Source of the DNA: a virus
Direction: 5' to 3' (one strand)
Virus record (IMG/VR): IMGVR_UViG_3300009149_000014
Span: 32,001-96,000 of that record
Length of the DNA stretch: 64,000 nt
Both the position numbers and the translations under genes were made by a program. Shown one piece after another: positions 9,520-18,563 of this stretch (its first letter is position 1; every line of letters begins with the position of its first letter). Under the pieces are notes generated by a model, which saw only the letters and a program-made list of their open reading frames with translations, had not been told where the DNA came from and made no database searches.

Positions 9520-9640
9520 AGTGAGGAAGTTCAGGGTCGCACGCAGGGGCACCCTGACCGGCATAGTTTAATTCAGAATCTACTCTTGAAATACAGAGTA
9601 AGGTCCAGGTGACTTAATCCTGGTGTCGGCCTCACTTTTT
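9520..9640 (+). ncRNA. structured tRNA-like non-coding RNA (aberrant cloverleaf within a three-way junction)
   Basis: Helices AGTGAGG/CCTCACT, TCAGGGT/ACCCTGA, CCGGCA/TGTCGG, GTTT/GAAT, TACTCT/AGAGTA, CCAGG/CCTGG; upstream TATTGT and a 3' T-run; no ORF here. Confidence 0.7.
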
Positions 9641-9726
9641 ACACGTGACAATCGGTAATTAACAAAAATCCGCCTGATGCAACACTCAGTAGACGGACAC
9701 AATAACCGAATTTGGGAAAGCTACCA

Positions 9727-11763
9727 ATGACTGCAATTGATGATCTAAGACAAAAAATCGACGAAGCCGCTTCTGCCTATTACAATCGCGGTGTTTCAAT
9801 CGTCAGCGATGATGAATTCGACACAATGCTCGACATGCTGCGACGTCTTGACCATAAAGACGAACGTCTCACCCGAATTGGTTTTGAGCCAACTCTCGAA
9901 AAGGTGGAACATGCTCATCCAATGGGTTCGCTCGATAACATCGATGCCAATAAACCAAATGAGCTTCAGACCTACATTAAGCGTAACAAAGATTACACTC
10001 TTGCTGATTCGCTTTATCACGTTACTCCCAAGATCGACGGATCATCGATCGCGTTGACCTACAAGGGTGGAGTGTTGACCCAAGTGCTAACCCGTGGCAA
10101 TGGCGAAGTGGGTCAAGATATCACAGCTAAAGCATCATTTTTCAAAGGTGTGCCGACCAAGCTACCAGAACCAGTGGATATTACCGTCCGTGGTGAAGCA
10201 GTTATGCACCGGGACGTTTTCATCAAGTATATTGAGTCCGCTCAACTCGAAGGTGTGCGAAATCCGCGAAACGTCGGCAATGGAATTATCGTCCGAAAAG
10301 ACGCCTGCGGAGCCGGGTTGATCAATTTCTATTCTTTCAATGTCGAATCGGACACGCCAATTAAGATCTTGGATTCGGTTCATCGGTGCTACCAGTTCTT
10401 GCAAGAAATGGGTTTCACTACGCCGGATTATCAAATTGTTGCAGCTGATGGGATCACCACACTGGTCGATACGATGATCCAACGTGATTATCCTTTCGAT
10501 ATCGATGGCCTCGTGATCCGTGTTGACGATATGCGACAACGCGAAATCATCAACGAAGGTGGCGACGATCTTCGTCCCCGCAGTGACCAAGCGATCAAGT
10601 TCAACAGCAAGAAAGCTGAGACTACCATTACTGGTGTCACTGTGACTGTCGGTTCAACTGGCAAGATCACACCGACATTGACTGTTGAACCGGTCGAAAT
10701 TGGTGGGATTGTCAATAGCAATGTTTTGATCTACAATTATGATGAACCAGAACGATTGAAGATTGGTATTGGCGATAAGATTCGTGTAGTCCTTGCTGGG
10801 GATATTATCCCCAAGGTCTTGTGCGTGGTCGATAAGGCTAGTCCGCCGACTGTAATCACTGCTCCCAAGACTTGCCCATCGTGTGACCATCCGATTTCTC
10901 GCAAGCAATTGTTGAAGGGCGAATCGGTCGATTTGTATTGCACGAACCAAAAATGCCCCGGTATTCAATTTGAGAAGATCCAAGGGTTTATTGGTTCATC
11001 CAAAAGAGGAATGGGGATTCTTGGGATCGGTGAGCATTTGATCAACCATTTGATCACTTCTGGCCATGTCAAGAGTATTCCAGATCTCTATGATCTAACC
11101 GAAGATCAACTTCGAATCATGTCGCTTGGTAATGGTGTTGTTGGTGCCAAACGTGCCAAGACGATCGTTAACAACATTCAAGAATCCAAGGGGTTCACTG
11201 TTCAAAAAGTGGTGGGATCTCTTGGGATTGATGGTCTTGGCGAGCATCGTGCCGAGATCATGATGGAAGTCGCCGATGGCGGTTTGGCTACTCTTGATGA
11301 TTGGATTGCTTGTGCTAATGGTTCAGAATTGATTCTGAATTTGAAGCATCCCCATTTGCCCGCTAATGTCATGGCATCTGTTCAAAGCCAATTGGTCGCT
11401 ATGAAGGATGATTTGCTACGCTTGCGTGAGCTTGGCGTTGGTGTTCATGTGGCTCCGGTTGTAACTGAGGATGGTGGTCCGAAGCCTTTTGCTGGTAAGA
11501 CGTTTTGTTTTACTGGTACACGAATCCATTTGGATATCGTCGAGAAGCTTGGGGGTGAGGTTAAAAGTGGTGTGAGTAAGACTCTTGATTTTCTGGTCCA
11601 GCGTGATAAGTCAGAGCGTACGTCGAAGGCGAAAAAGGCTGAGGCTTATGGGACTACTGTGATTGGTGTTCCTGAGCTTGAGACGATGATTAAGGAGGCT
11701 GATCCTACGATTCTTGGGACGGCTTCGTCTGGTTTGGCTGCTGTTTTTGAAATGCTTGATTAA
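9727..11763 (+). CDS. ligA: NAD-dependent DNA ligase
   Basis: VSDDEFD, HPMGSLDN, PKIDG active site, TRGNGEVGQDIT, VRGE, NPRN, DIDGLV, AGDIIPKV, C4 zinc finger, HhH motifs, C-terminal BRCT (FCFTG). Confidence 0.97.
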   Translation: MTAIDDLRQKIDEAASAYYNRGVSIVSDDEFDTMLDMLRRLDHKDERLTRIGFEPTLEKVEHAHPMGSLDNIDANKPNELQTYIKRNKDYTLADSLYHVTPKIDGSSIALTYKGGVLTQVLTRGNGEVGQDITAKASFFKGVPTKLPEPVDITVRGEAVMHRDVFIKYIESAQLEGVRNPRNVGNGIIVRKDACGAGLINFYSFNVESDTPIKILDSVHRCYQFLQEMGFTTPDYQIVAADGITTLVDTMIQRDYPFDIDGLVIRVDDMRQREIINEGGDDLRPRSDQAIKFNSKKAETTITGVTVTVGSTGKITPTLTVEPVEIGGIVNSNVLIYNYDEPERLKIGIGDKIRVVLAGDIIPKVLCVVDKASPPTVITAPKTCPSCDHPISRKQLLKGESVDLYCTNQKCPGIQFEKIQGFIGSSKRGMGILGIGEHLINHLITSGHVKSIPDLYDLTEDQLRIMSLGNGVVGAKRAKTIVNNIQESKGFTVQKVVGSLGIDGLGEHRAEIMMEVADGGLATLDDWIACANGSELILNLKHPHLPANVMASVQSQLVAMKDDLLRLRELGVGVHVAPVVTEDGGPKPFAGKTFCFTGTRIHLDIVEKLGGEVKSGVSKTLDFLVQRDKSERTSKAKKAEAYGTTVIGVPELETMIKEADPTILGTASSGLAAVFEMLD

Positions 11764-11823
11764 TCAAATGATACCAATGAGTAAATAAAGGAACGATTCT
11801 TCCTTTTCCCATTGGTGTTGTTT

Positions 11824-12801
11824 ATGTCAAATCAGCCTAAAGCTTTGATTACTGGTATTACTGGTCAGACGGGAAGTTATCTGGCTGAATTGTTGCTGTC
11901 GAAGGGTTATGAGGTTCATGGGATCACGAGGCGGACGAGCACTCCAAATACTGGTCGTATTGATCATATTCTTAATCTCATTACTATGCATCCTGCTGAT
12001 TTGCATGATGAGTCTTCTCTTATCCGCGTTATTGATGCCGTAAGGCCCCAAGAGGTCTATAATCTTGCTGCTCAATCGTTTGTGAAGGTGAGTTGGGATG
12101 CTCCCGTTCATACTGGTGAGGTGACGGGGTTGGGTGTTGCTCGTCTTTTAGAGGCTATTCGGACTGTTGATAAGAGTATTCGGTTTTATCAGGCATCTAG
12201 TTCAGAGCTTTTTGGGCAGGTGGTTGAGGTTCCTCAGAGGGAGACTACTCCTTTTTATCCTCGTAGTCCGTATGGTGTTGCGAAATTGTATGGTCATTGG
12301 ATGACCATTAATTATCGTGAGTCTTATGACATGTTCGCTTGTTGTGGGATCATTTTTAATCATGAGTCTCCGAGGCGTGGTCTTGAGTTTGTGACTCGGA
12401 AGATTACGCATACTGCTGCGATGATTAATTATGGGAAGGCTACTGAGTTGCGGCTTGGTAATCTTGATTCACAGCGGGATTGGTCGCATGCGTCTGATAT
12501 GGCTGAGGCGATGTGGTTGATGCTTCAGCAGGATAAGCCGAAGGATTATGTCTTTTCTTCGGGGGAGACTCATACTGTTCGTGAGTTTGTTGAGTTGACT
12601 TTCTCGCGATTGGGTATGGATTATCAAAAATATGTTAAGGTCGATCCCCAGTTCTTCCGCCCTGCTGAGGTGGATATTCTTCTCGGCGATTCATCGCTTG
12701 CACGTGAAGAATTGGGGTGGAAACCAAAAATAAGTTTCGAACAGTTGGTTCATGATATGGTTGATGCGGATATGAGGCTTGTCGAGAAGACATTTGTTTA
12801 A
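11824..12801 (+). CDS. gmd: GDP-mannose 4,6-dehydratase
   Basis: [74 protein letters not shown]. Confidence 0.97.
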   Translation: MSNQPKALITGITGQTGSYLAELLLSKGYEVHGITRRTSTPNTGRIDHILNLITMHPADLHDESSLIRVIDAVRPQEVYNLAAQSFVKVSWDAPVHTGEVTGLGVARLLEAIRTVDKSIRFYQASSSELFGQVVEVPQRETTPFYPRSPYGVAKLYGHWMTINYRESYDMFACCGIIFNHESPRRGLEFVTRKITHTAAMINYGKATELRLGNLDSQRDWSHASDMAEAMWLMLQQDKPKDYVFSSGETHTVREFVELTFSRLGMDYQKYVKVDPQFFRPAEVDILLGDSSLAREELGWKPKISFEQLVHDMVDADMRLVEKTFV

Positions 12802-12873
12802 ATCTCATAGTCCACTCAAAATTATGATAACCACTTTCACAGTCGTTTAACAAACTTTTTCGGAGGGTTCCAA

Positions 12874-13278
12874 ATGGCATCACAGCCTGCGAACACACAG
12901 ATCAGAGTTTTCCGGACGCTCCGGTCCTATCGCAGGGCTGATCGTCAGGAGTCCATTGCAGCTCTTACCAAGAGACTTCGCCCACAGGTCATGAGCATTC
13001 CAGGTCGTGAAGACTTGGTTGAAGTCAAGACCCGTGACACGAGCGTTTCCGACTTTAGCTCCTACATGGGAGAAGCTCGGGTTACTGCTACTCGCGGTTA
13101 TCCAATCGTTGTCGGTCTTCGCGATCAGGTCAGCTTGGCGAATGCTCAGGGCAACATGCCTGGTATCGGCTTTGCGTTCAAGATCGGTCAAGACAGTTTC
13201 ATCACCAACACTGATGCTGGCTTGGTCCGTGACTTGCACCAAGATGGTCGCAAACTTGCTCCAGACGTCCAAGTCTAA
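12874..13278 (+). CDS. hypothetical protein, probably abundant virion protein
   Basis: Strong GGAGG SD, own promoter-like motif upstream and terminator downstream. Confidence 0.75.
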   Translation: MASQPANTQIRVFRTLRSYRRADRQESIAALTKRLRPQVMSIPGREDLVEVKTRDTSVSDFSSYMGEARVTATRGYPIVVGLRDQVSLANAQGNMPGIGFAFKIGQDSFITNTDAGLVRDLHQDGRKLAPDVQV

Positions 13279-13304
13279 GCTTGGTCCTGGTAAGTCGAGA
13301 TCCA

Positions 13305-13341
13305 AAAGAAGCCGGGTTGCTAAAGCTGTCCGGCTTCTTTC
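13305..13341 (+). terminator. intrinsic terminator (possibly bidirectional)
   Basis: AAAGAAGCCGG / CCGGCTTCTTT inverted repeat. Confidence 0.7.
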
Positions 13342-13457
13342 GTATACAAATTAATTACTTGTTATGACCCTTGTTCACTTTCTCCAGGTGTTCAAGGGTC
13401 TTTGCGTATCCGGGCAAAATTTATAATGCTGAACATTTGTGCCTGGAGAAGAGATAA

Positions 13458-13547
13458 ATGGCTGCTACAGTTTTAATTCAGCGATATAATGGTGCCTGTG
13501 CAACTGGTACTACCATCACCGGTGTGGGAATAAAAGATGGCCGTTAG
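13458..13547 (+). CDS. 29-aa small ORF (MAATVLIQRYNGACATGTTITGVGIKDGR), not in the ORF track
   Basis: GGAG SD, upstream AAATTTATAAT, overlaps the next start codon. Confidence 0.45.
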   Translation: MAATVLIQRYNGACATGTTITGVGIKDGR

Positions 13548-14100
13548 CCCCAAAACATTTGCAGTAAACCCAAAAGAATGGCGAGTCTTTAAACTCTGGG
13601 TCACTTTGACACCATTGTCTACGACTCTTGAAGCGGAGCCTCCTCGGCTTACTGTATATCGTGAGATGGGGCGATTAGCCGCTGCTGCTTATAATCAGCT
13701 CAAGAATCACCCGTTGATTAAATTACCAGAACCTCCAACTTCTGCTGTTACATCTGGTTCTATAATCAGTGGTATTGTTGGATCTTTCAATTATACTCCA
13801 CAGATTGGCAATAATGAGCCTTACATTTTTGTAATGGGCCATTTTCATTCGACTCGGGACATCAAGAATCCCTATTCGATGAGGCCAGTATATAGCGGTG
13901 GAGTTTTGTACGACATACCTAACGGTTATCCTTCTTTGCGGGCTCCTAACCCAAACGTGTTAGAGGACGTCAAAGATTTAAAGGGGATCATCGGCACTGA
14001 AATGTCTGCTTCCCTACCGGTTAGCGTCGATTATAACATCGATAAGATCGATTATCTGGGTCTAATCTTTGGCACGGGTGGGCTTCATTTCCCACGTTAA
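13537..14100 (+). CDS. hypothetical protein (187 aa)
   Basis: Long ATG ORF. Confidence 0.7.
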   Translation: MAVSPKTFAVNPKEWRVFKLWVTLTPLSTTLEAEPPRLTVYREMGRLAAAAYNQLKNHPLIKLPEPPTSAVTSGSIISGIVGSFNYTPQIGNNEPYIFVMGHFHSTRDIKNPYSMRPVYSGGVLYDIPNGYPSLRAPNPNVLEDVKDLKGIIGTEMSASLPVSVDYNIDKIDYLGLIFGTGGLHFPR

Positions 14101-14168
14101 TCTTCGCTACCATCAGGACCAACCCTTCGACGGATTGTCTCTTAGATGGTTTTATAGCGAGTTAACAC

Positions 14169-15518
14169 ATGCCAAAGAAGTCTCGTCTTGATAAACGACT
14201 AGTATACAGCACTATCAAGAAACATAAAGGCAACATGTCCAGAGCAGCGGAAGAATTGGGTATTGCCCGTTCTACTTTGTTGCACAGATATCGCAGCCTT
14301 GAATCTGGAACAGCTCTTGATTCCAATGAACACTCCGACGAAGTGTTAACGACTCTGAAAGAATCTGATTCCGAACAGATCTCTTATTCATCTAAGAACG
14401 AAAACGAACTCGATTTTGTTTGTTTGATGCGTAAGAAAGTCTCAGCCGATGAGATCGCCAAGCAAGCCGGGTACGACTTGCGACAATGGCGAGTTACTGA
14501 AGTAAAAATCAACCAATGGCAAGTTGCCGGTAAGAAAAAGAACGGCCAAGAAGAAGGAACAAAACGATGGCTTGCGGAAGACCTATGGAAAGAACAACTC
14601 TACCAAATCAAATTCAAGCTCGAACGCAGAGCACCCAAGTTTGTCCAAGACGGCGTAACCGCATTAATGGAAAACTGGACTGGAGCCCAGAAGGTTCCAA
14701 AGATCGAGCGTCGAGCAACGATGGCAAAGCCGCATTTGCTCGAAATCAGCCTGTTCGACGCCCACTTTGGCAAATTGGCTTGGGCCGAAGAGACTGGTGA
14801 AGATTATAATCTGAAGATAGCTGAAAACATCTATTTGAATGCAGTAGATGATCTCATCGATCGTACATCCGTTTTTGATGTTGAACGAATTGTTTATCCA
14901 ATCGGCCAAGATTTCTTTAATGTCGATAATTGGAAGGGTGAAACTTCCAATGGCACATTGGTCGAATCAACAGATGATCGATTTACTAAAATCTTCACAG
15001 TTGGTGTCGAATCTATTAAATGGTCGATGATGAGGTGCCGAGAAATCGCACCAGTTCATATCATTTGGTCTCCCGGCAACCACGATCGATCGACCTCTTG
15101 GTACCTTTGCAAAGCGATCCAACAATATTGTGAAGGTGCCGGAATCACCGATGTCACTTTCGACCTTGGGCCGAACCAACGTAAGTACGAGCTTTTCGGT
15201 AACACTCTTCTTGGTTTCACCCATGCCTGTGATGAAAGGATGGCCGATCTTCCACTCATCATGGCTAAAGAAGAGAAGCATCTTTGGGCTCAAGCTGACT
15301 ATCACCAGTGGCACGTTGGTCACTTCCATCGTAAGAAAGAAATGCGATTCATTGCCGGTGACACCTTTAATGGTGTATCGGTAACGATCCTCCCGAGTCT
15401 TACTGCGACCGATTCTTACCATTATCGAAATGGTTGGGTCTGCCCTAGTAGAGCAGCTGAGGCTTACCTTTGGTCCAAGGATAAAGGATTGTCCAACTTC
15501 ATGGTCCACAGCCTCTAA
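14169..15518 (+). CDS. Fis-type HTH plus calcineurin-like metallophosphoesterase
   Basis: KGNMSRAAEELGIARSTLLHR (HTH_8); DAHFG, GQDFFNVD, PGNHD, FTH, GHFH. Confidence 0.85.
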   Translation: MPKKSRLDKRLVYSTIKKHKGNMSRAAEELGIARSTLLHRYRSLESGTALDSNEHSDEVLTTLKESDSEQISYSSKNENELDFVCLMRKKVSADEIAKQAGYDLRQWRVTEVKINQWQVAGKKKNGQEEGTKRWLAEDLWKEQLYQIKFKLERRAPKFVQDGVTALMENWTGAQKVPKIERRATMAKPHLLEISLFDAHFGKLAWAEETGEDYNLKIAENIYLNAVDDLIDRTSVFDVERIVYPIGQDFFNVDNWKGETSNGTLVESTDDRFTKIFTVGVESIKWSMMRCREIAPVHIIWSPGNHDRSTSWYLCKAIQQYCEGAGITDVTFDLGPNQRKYELFGNTLLGFTHACDERMADLPLIMAKEEKHLWAQADYHQWHVGHFHRKKEMRFIAGDTFNGVSVTILPSLTATDSYHYRNGWVCPSRAAEAYLWSKDKGLSNFMVHSL

Positions 15519-15553
15519 TTAAACCTACAAGGGATTTTACTCGGAGAATTAAA

Positions 15554-16351
15554 ATGAGCTGTGCAGGATCAATAGTAGGCCCAAGTGGAATTGGACCAAG
15601 CGTTCTCAAAGTCAATACTGAGCCTTTGAAACGTTACGTTCTGCATAAGCTCGGTTATCCGAATATTAATGTTGAATTAACCGAGGCACAGCTTGAGGAT
15701 ATTATTCGAGTGGCTGGTGATTTCATCGCCATGTACTTTCCACGGGAGCAGAAAATTGCCACTTTTTACACTGTACCTCTGCAACCGACTTATCCGATGC
15801 CGGATGATGCGTGGTGGATCGAAGAAGTAAGCTGGGACCCCTACACAGCTAAAGTCGATGATATCTTCGGAGCCGATTACTACTTATTGAACTACGGTAA
15901 TTTCGTCGGCCCGAACTCTATGGTCTTAGACTATCACATGCTCCAGGCTTACCGAAAACATAGTGCTAAGATTCTTGGCGTCGAAGGACGTTGGGAAGTC
16001 ATGGGCGAAGTCGAAGGCCCTGTCACTGATGATCAATTGGATGCCAAATTCCAACGCATTCGATTAATCCCCACTCCGAAAGCATCTTTCCCGGTCGTTG
16101 TAGTATATCTTCCTTGCATCAACCACTTCAGAAGCCCTCAGGCCCGCAAACTGGCTTACGATTACGTGGAAGCTGAAGCGAGAATTGCTCTCGGCATGGC
16201 GAGACGTAAGATCCAGGGTGTGCCTACTCCAGATGGTGGCACATTGACTTACGATGGTGAGGCTTTGGTCAAAGAAGGCGAAGAGTTGAAAGATAAAATC
16301 TTAGAGCAAGCAATGCTCCAAGGTGAGCCTCTTGGGATTATAGCAATCTAA
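15554..16351 (+). CDS. gp13: neck protein (T4 gp13-like head-tail adaptor)
   Basis: LKRYVLHKLGYPNINVELTEAQLED and LGMARRKIQGVPTPDGGTLTYDGEALVKEG are gp13-family hallmarks. Confidence 0.85.
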   Translation: MSCAGSIVGPSGIGPSVLKVNTEPLKRYVLHKLGYPNINVELTEAQLEDIIRVAGDFIAMYFPREQKIATFYTVPLQPTYPMPDDAWWIEEVSWDPYTAKVDDIFGADYYLLNYGNFVGPNSMVLDYHMLQAYRKHSAKILGVEGRWEVMGEVEGPVTDDQLDAKFQRIRLIPTPKASFPVVVVYLPCINHFRSPQARKLAYDYVEAEARIALGMARRKIQGVPTPDGGTLTYDGEALVKEGEELKDKILEQAMLQGEPLGIIAI

Positions 16352-16496
16352 GAAGGTGAAATATCACGCTTCCGACGAAAACACCAATTCCCAGCATTAC
16401 AATCGCTTGCATCTCATCGATGGATTCATAAACTCCGCAATAAGTATGGTTTCTTGCCATTGTATATTTATTCAAACCTATTATAGAGGTGAAAAC

Positions 16497-16973
16497 ATGG
16501 AACCCATTGAAATCGGTAATTTGTTGCAAGTGTTGCCCGGTGGGTTGATTCGGGTCCCTACTTGTGAACCGCCGAGTGCTGTGAGCACTTTGCGGTTTTC
16601 TGCATATTATGCAGAGAGCAATTGTGATGGGGCTCTTGTTAGTCTTGCTGACGCTTTGGCGGCATTACCGGGGTCTGAGGTTATTTATGGGTTCAATTTT
16701 GGTCCACCTAATTTCCGACAACGATGGCTTAGATTACCGCCGACTCAGCTTGTTTGTCCTTGCCCTGGTAATACAGATTGGTATGGTATTTTAAGGGATC
16801 TTCCTAAGATTCAGACTGAAGAAGAGCCTGGTCCTTGTGGTCTTGAGACTGCTGAGTGGTGCCAAGAGCAGGATTATAATATTCCGCCTGCACCTGACAC
16901 TTATTTTGAAGCTGGTGAGTATCCGGCTGGGGTTGGGTTTTTGCCTCCTATTACACCCAACCAAAGGGATTAA
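16497..16973 (+). CDS. hypothetical Cys/Pro-rich protein, probably structural
   Basis: GAGGTG SD before ATG 16497; lies between neck genes. Confidence 0.65.
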   Translation: MEPIEIGNLLQVLPGGLIRVPTCEPPSAVSTLRFSAYYAESNCDGALVSLADALAALPGSEVIYGFNFGPPNFRQRWLRLPPTQLVCPCPGNTDWYGILRDLPKIQTEEEPGPCGLETAEWCQEQDYNIPPAPDTYFEAGEYPAGVGFLPPITPNQRD

Positions 16974-16974
16974 G

Positions 16975-17604
16975 ATGCCTCTTTACGATTTCGGTAATCG
17001 TGATGAGCTTCCGGGACCTTCACAATTTTTGCAACAGTCTCAGGATAATCGGACTGAGCAAGAAAAAGTGAATGGTGCATTGTCGGTGTATAATCCTGAA
17101 TCGCCTGAAGTGCTTTTGGCTCGTACAAATGCCGATGAGATGATTAACACTTCGGGTGCTGAAGTGAAGATTTATCCTCGTACTGATAATGCGGATTTTG
17201 ATCTTGTTTGGGAAGAAGATCCGGACCCGACGTACTTAAATCATTACAAGATTAAGGCTTTTTTCAAGCCTGCGAATTTGAAAATTGAATTGAAGAAGTG
17301 GGGTATTGATACTGCTGCTCCGACTGAGGTTATTTTCAGTCATCGTCAGTTGTTTGAAGTGCTCGGTGAACGAATGCTTCGGGCAGGCGATGTTATCTAT
17401 TTGCCGTATAATGCAGCTGCGATCAATCCGACTCATTATAAAGTAACTAATGGTGCTCCGTCTGGAAATTATCGTTACATGTGGCTTTACTTCACTTGTC
17501 AAGCGGTGATTCTAAAGGCTGATACTACTGTTCGAGTTCAGGATGATTTGCAGGAACGTTTTCAGGCTGATCCTGGTGGTGCTGGTTTCAGGGAGTCTTA
17601 TTAA
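16975..17604 (+). CDS. neck/head-completion protein (T4 gp14-like)
   Basis: EMINTSGAEVKIYPR, VWEEDP, LKKWGID, AGDVIYLP; position after gp13. Confidence 0.7.
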   Translation: MPLYDFGNRDELPGPSQFLQQSQDNRTEQEKVNGALSVYNPESPEVLLARTNADEMINTSGAEVKIYPRTDNADFDLVWEEDPDPTYLNHYKIKAFFKPANLKIELKKWGIDTAAPTEVIFSHRQLFEVLGERMLRAGDVIYLPYNAAAINPTHYKVTNGAPSGNYRYMWLYFTCQAVILKADTTVRVQDDLQERFQADPGGAGFRESY

Positions 17605-17858
17605 TGGCTGAAGGCTTTAAAAATCTGCGTCGTGGCTTAGAAATTAAGATGCACGAAATTGTGAATGATGCCGCCCGTGATATTACCGATCGTGTGAATC
17701 GCTTTGAACCTGCATTTAAGGCTAAACCTTCTCAGACTGGTTCTGGGCCTGAGATGGCTGAGGTTACTGTGACTGGGGCTGCTGAGTTGTCGAAGGAGAA
17801 GCAGGCTTTGGTTAGGAAATCGATTGATGAAGCGATCGAAAAGACTTTGGGAAGATAA
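17604..17858 (+). CDS. hypothetical protein (84 aa)
   Basis: GGAG SD, TAATG coupling. Confidence 0.7.
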   Translation: MAEGFKNLRRGLEIKMHEIVNDAARDITDRVNRFEPAFKAKPSQTGSGPEMAEVTVTGAAELSKEKQALVRKSIDEAIEKTLGR

Positions 17859-17860
17859 TA

Positions 17861-18562
17861 ATGAATAAAAAGTGTGCTGGTTGTTATCAGCTTAAACCGC
17901 TGAACGAATTTTCTCCGGACCGAAGAACCAAGAACCGTATGAAAGATTGTTGTGATAAGTGTATTCGAGAAAAATCGAAGATGAGATCGAAAAAACATTA
18001 TCACAACAATCGAAGAGAAATAATCAAAAAGAACGGTGAATACCAGAAAACAAATCGATCAATTAGTAACGCGGCTTGCAGAAAACATTATATTAGTCTT
18101 AAAAACGAGTGTTTTTCTGTTTTAGGTGATAGATGTTCTATTTGTGGTTGTAACCAAACAGAATGTTTGCAATTTGATCACAAACGAGATAATGGAACTC
18201 AAGAGAGAAGAATTCTAAAACCAGCACAGGTTTTTCGTCGAATTATAGAGAACCCTGATGAGTATCAAGTATTGTGTGCTAATTGTAATTGGCTGAAAAG
18301 AGAATCTTGGAAAACTAGAACGGAACTTGTGACAGAACTTAGAAATCAAGCAATTGCCAAATTTGGATCAGTTTGTTCACAATGCTCTGAAACGAATCGA
18401 GAAGTTTTACAATTTGATCATATCAACAATGATGGAGTGAATGGTGTTAATTATGGGGTCGCCAGTGCTAGGTATAAGAAATATATCAAGGAAGATGTTG
18501 ATTTGCAGCTTTTATGTTGCAATTGCCATCAGATTAAGTCCATCAATCAGTTGAGAATCTAA
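17861..18562 (+). CDS. free-standing HNH endonuclease with two tandem HNH repeats
   Basis: N-terminal CAGC...CDKC; two copies of CSxC..LQFDH..N.G..Q.LCxNC; more A-rich than flanks. Confidence 0.85.
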   Translation: MNKKCAGCYQLKPLNEFSPDRRTKNRMKDCCDKCIREKSKMRSKKHYHNNRREIIKKNGEYQKTNRSISNAACRKHYISLKNECFSVLGDRCSICGCNQTECLQFDHKRDNGTQERRILKPAQVFRRIIENPDEYQVLCANCNWLKRESWKTRTELVTELRNQAIAKFGSVCSQCSETNREVLQFDHINNDGVNGVNYGVASARYKKYIKEDVDLQLLCCNCHQIKSINQLRI

Positions 18563-18563
18563 A

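Noticed and set aside
9557-9634. Canonical tRNA-Phe(GAA) gene
   Set aside because: Anticodon and T loops are oversized, with no D-loop GG, no TTC and no CCA; reported as tRNA-like ncRNA instead.
9521-9680. RNase P RNA or hammerhead ribozyme (GAGGAAGTTCAGG; CTGATG)
   Set aside because: Too short for RNase P and lacks a convincing P4 partner; no correctly placed GAAA and stems for a hammerhead.
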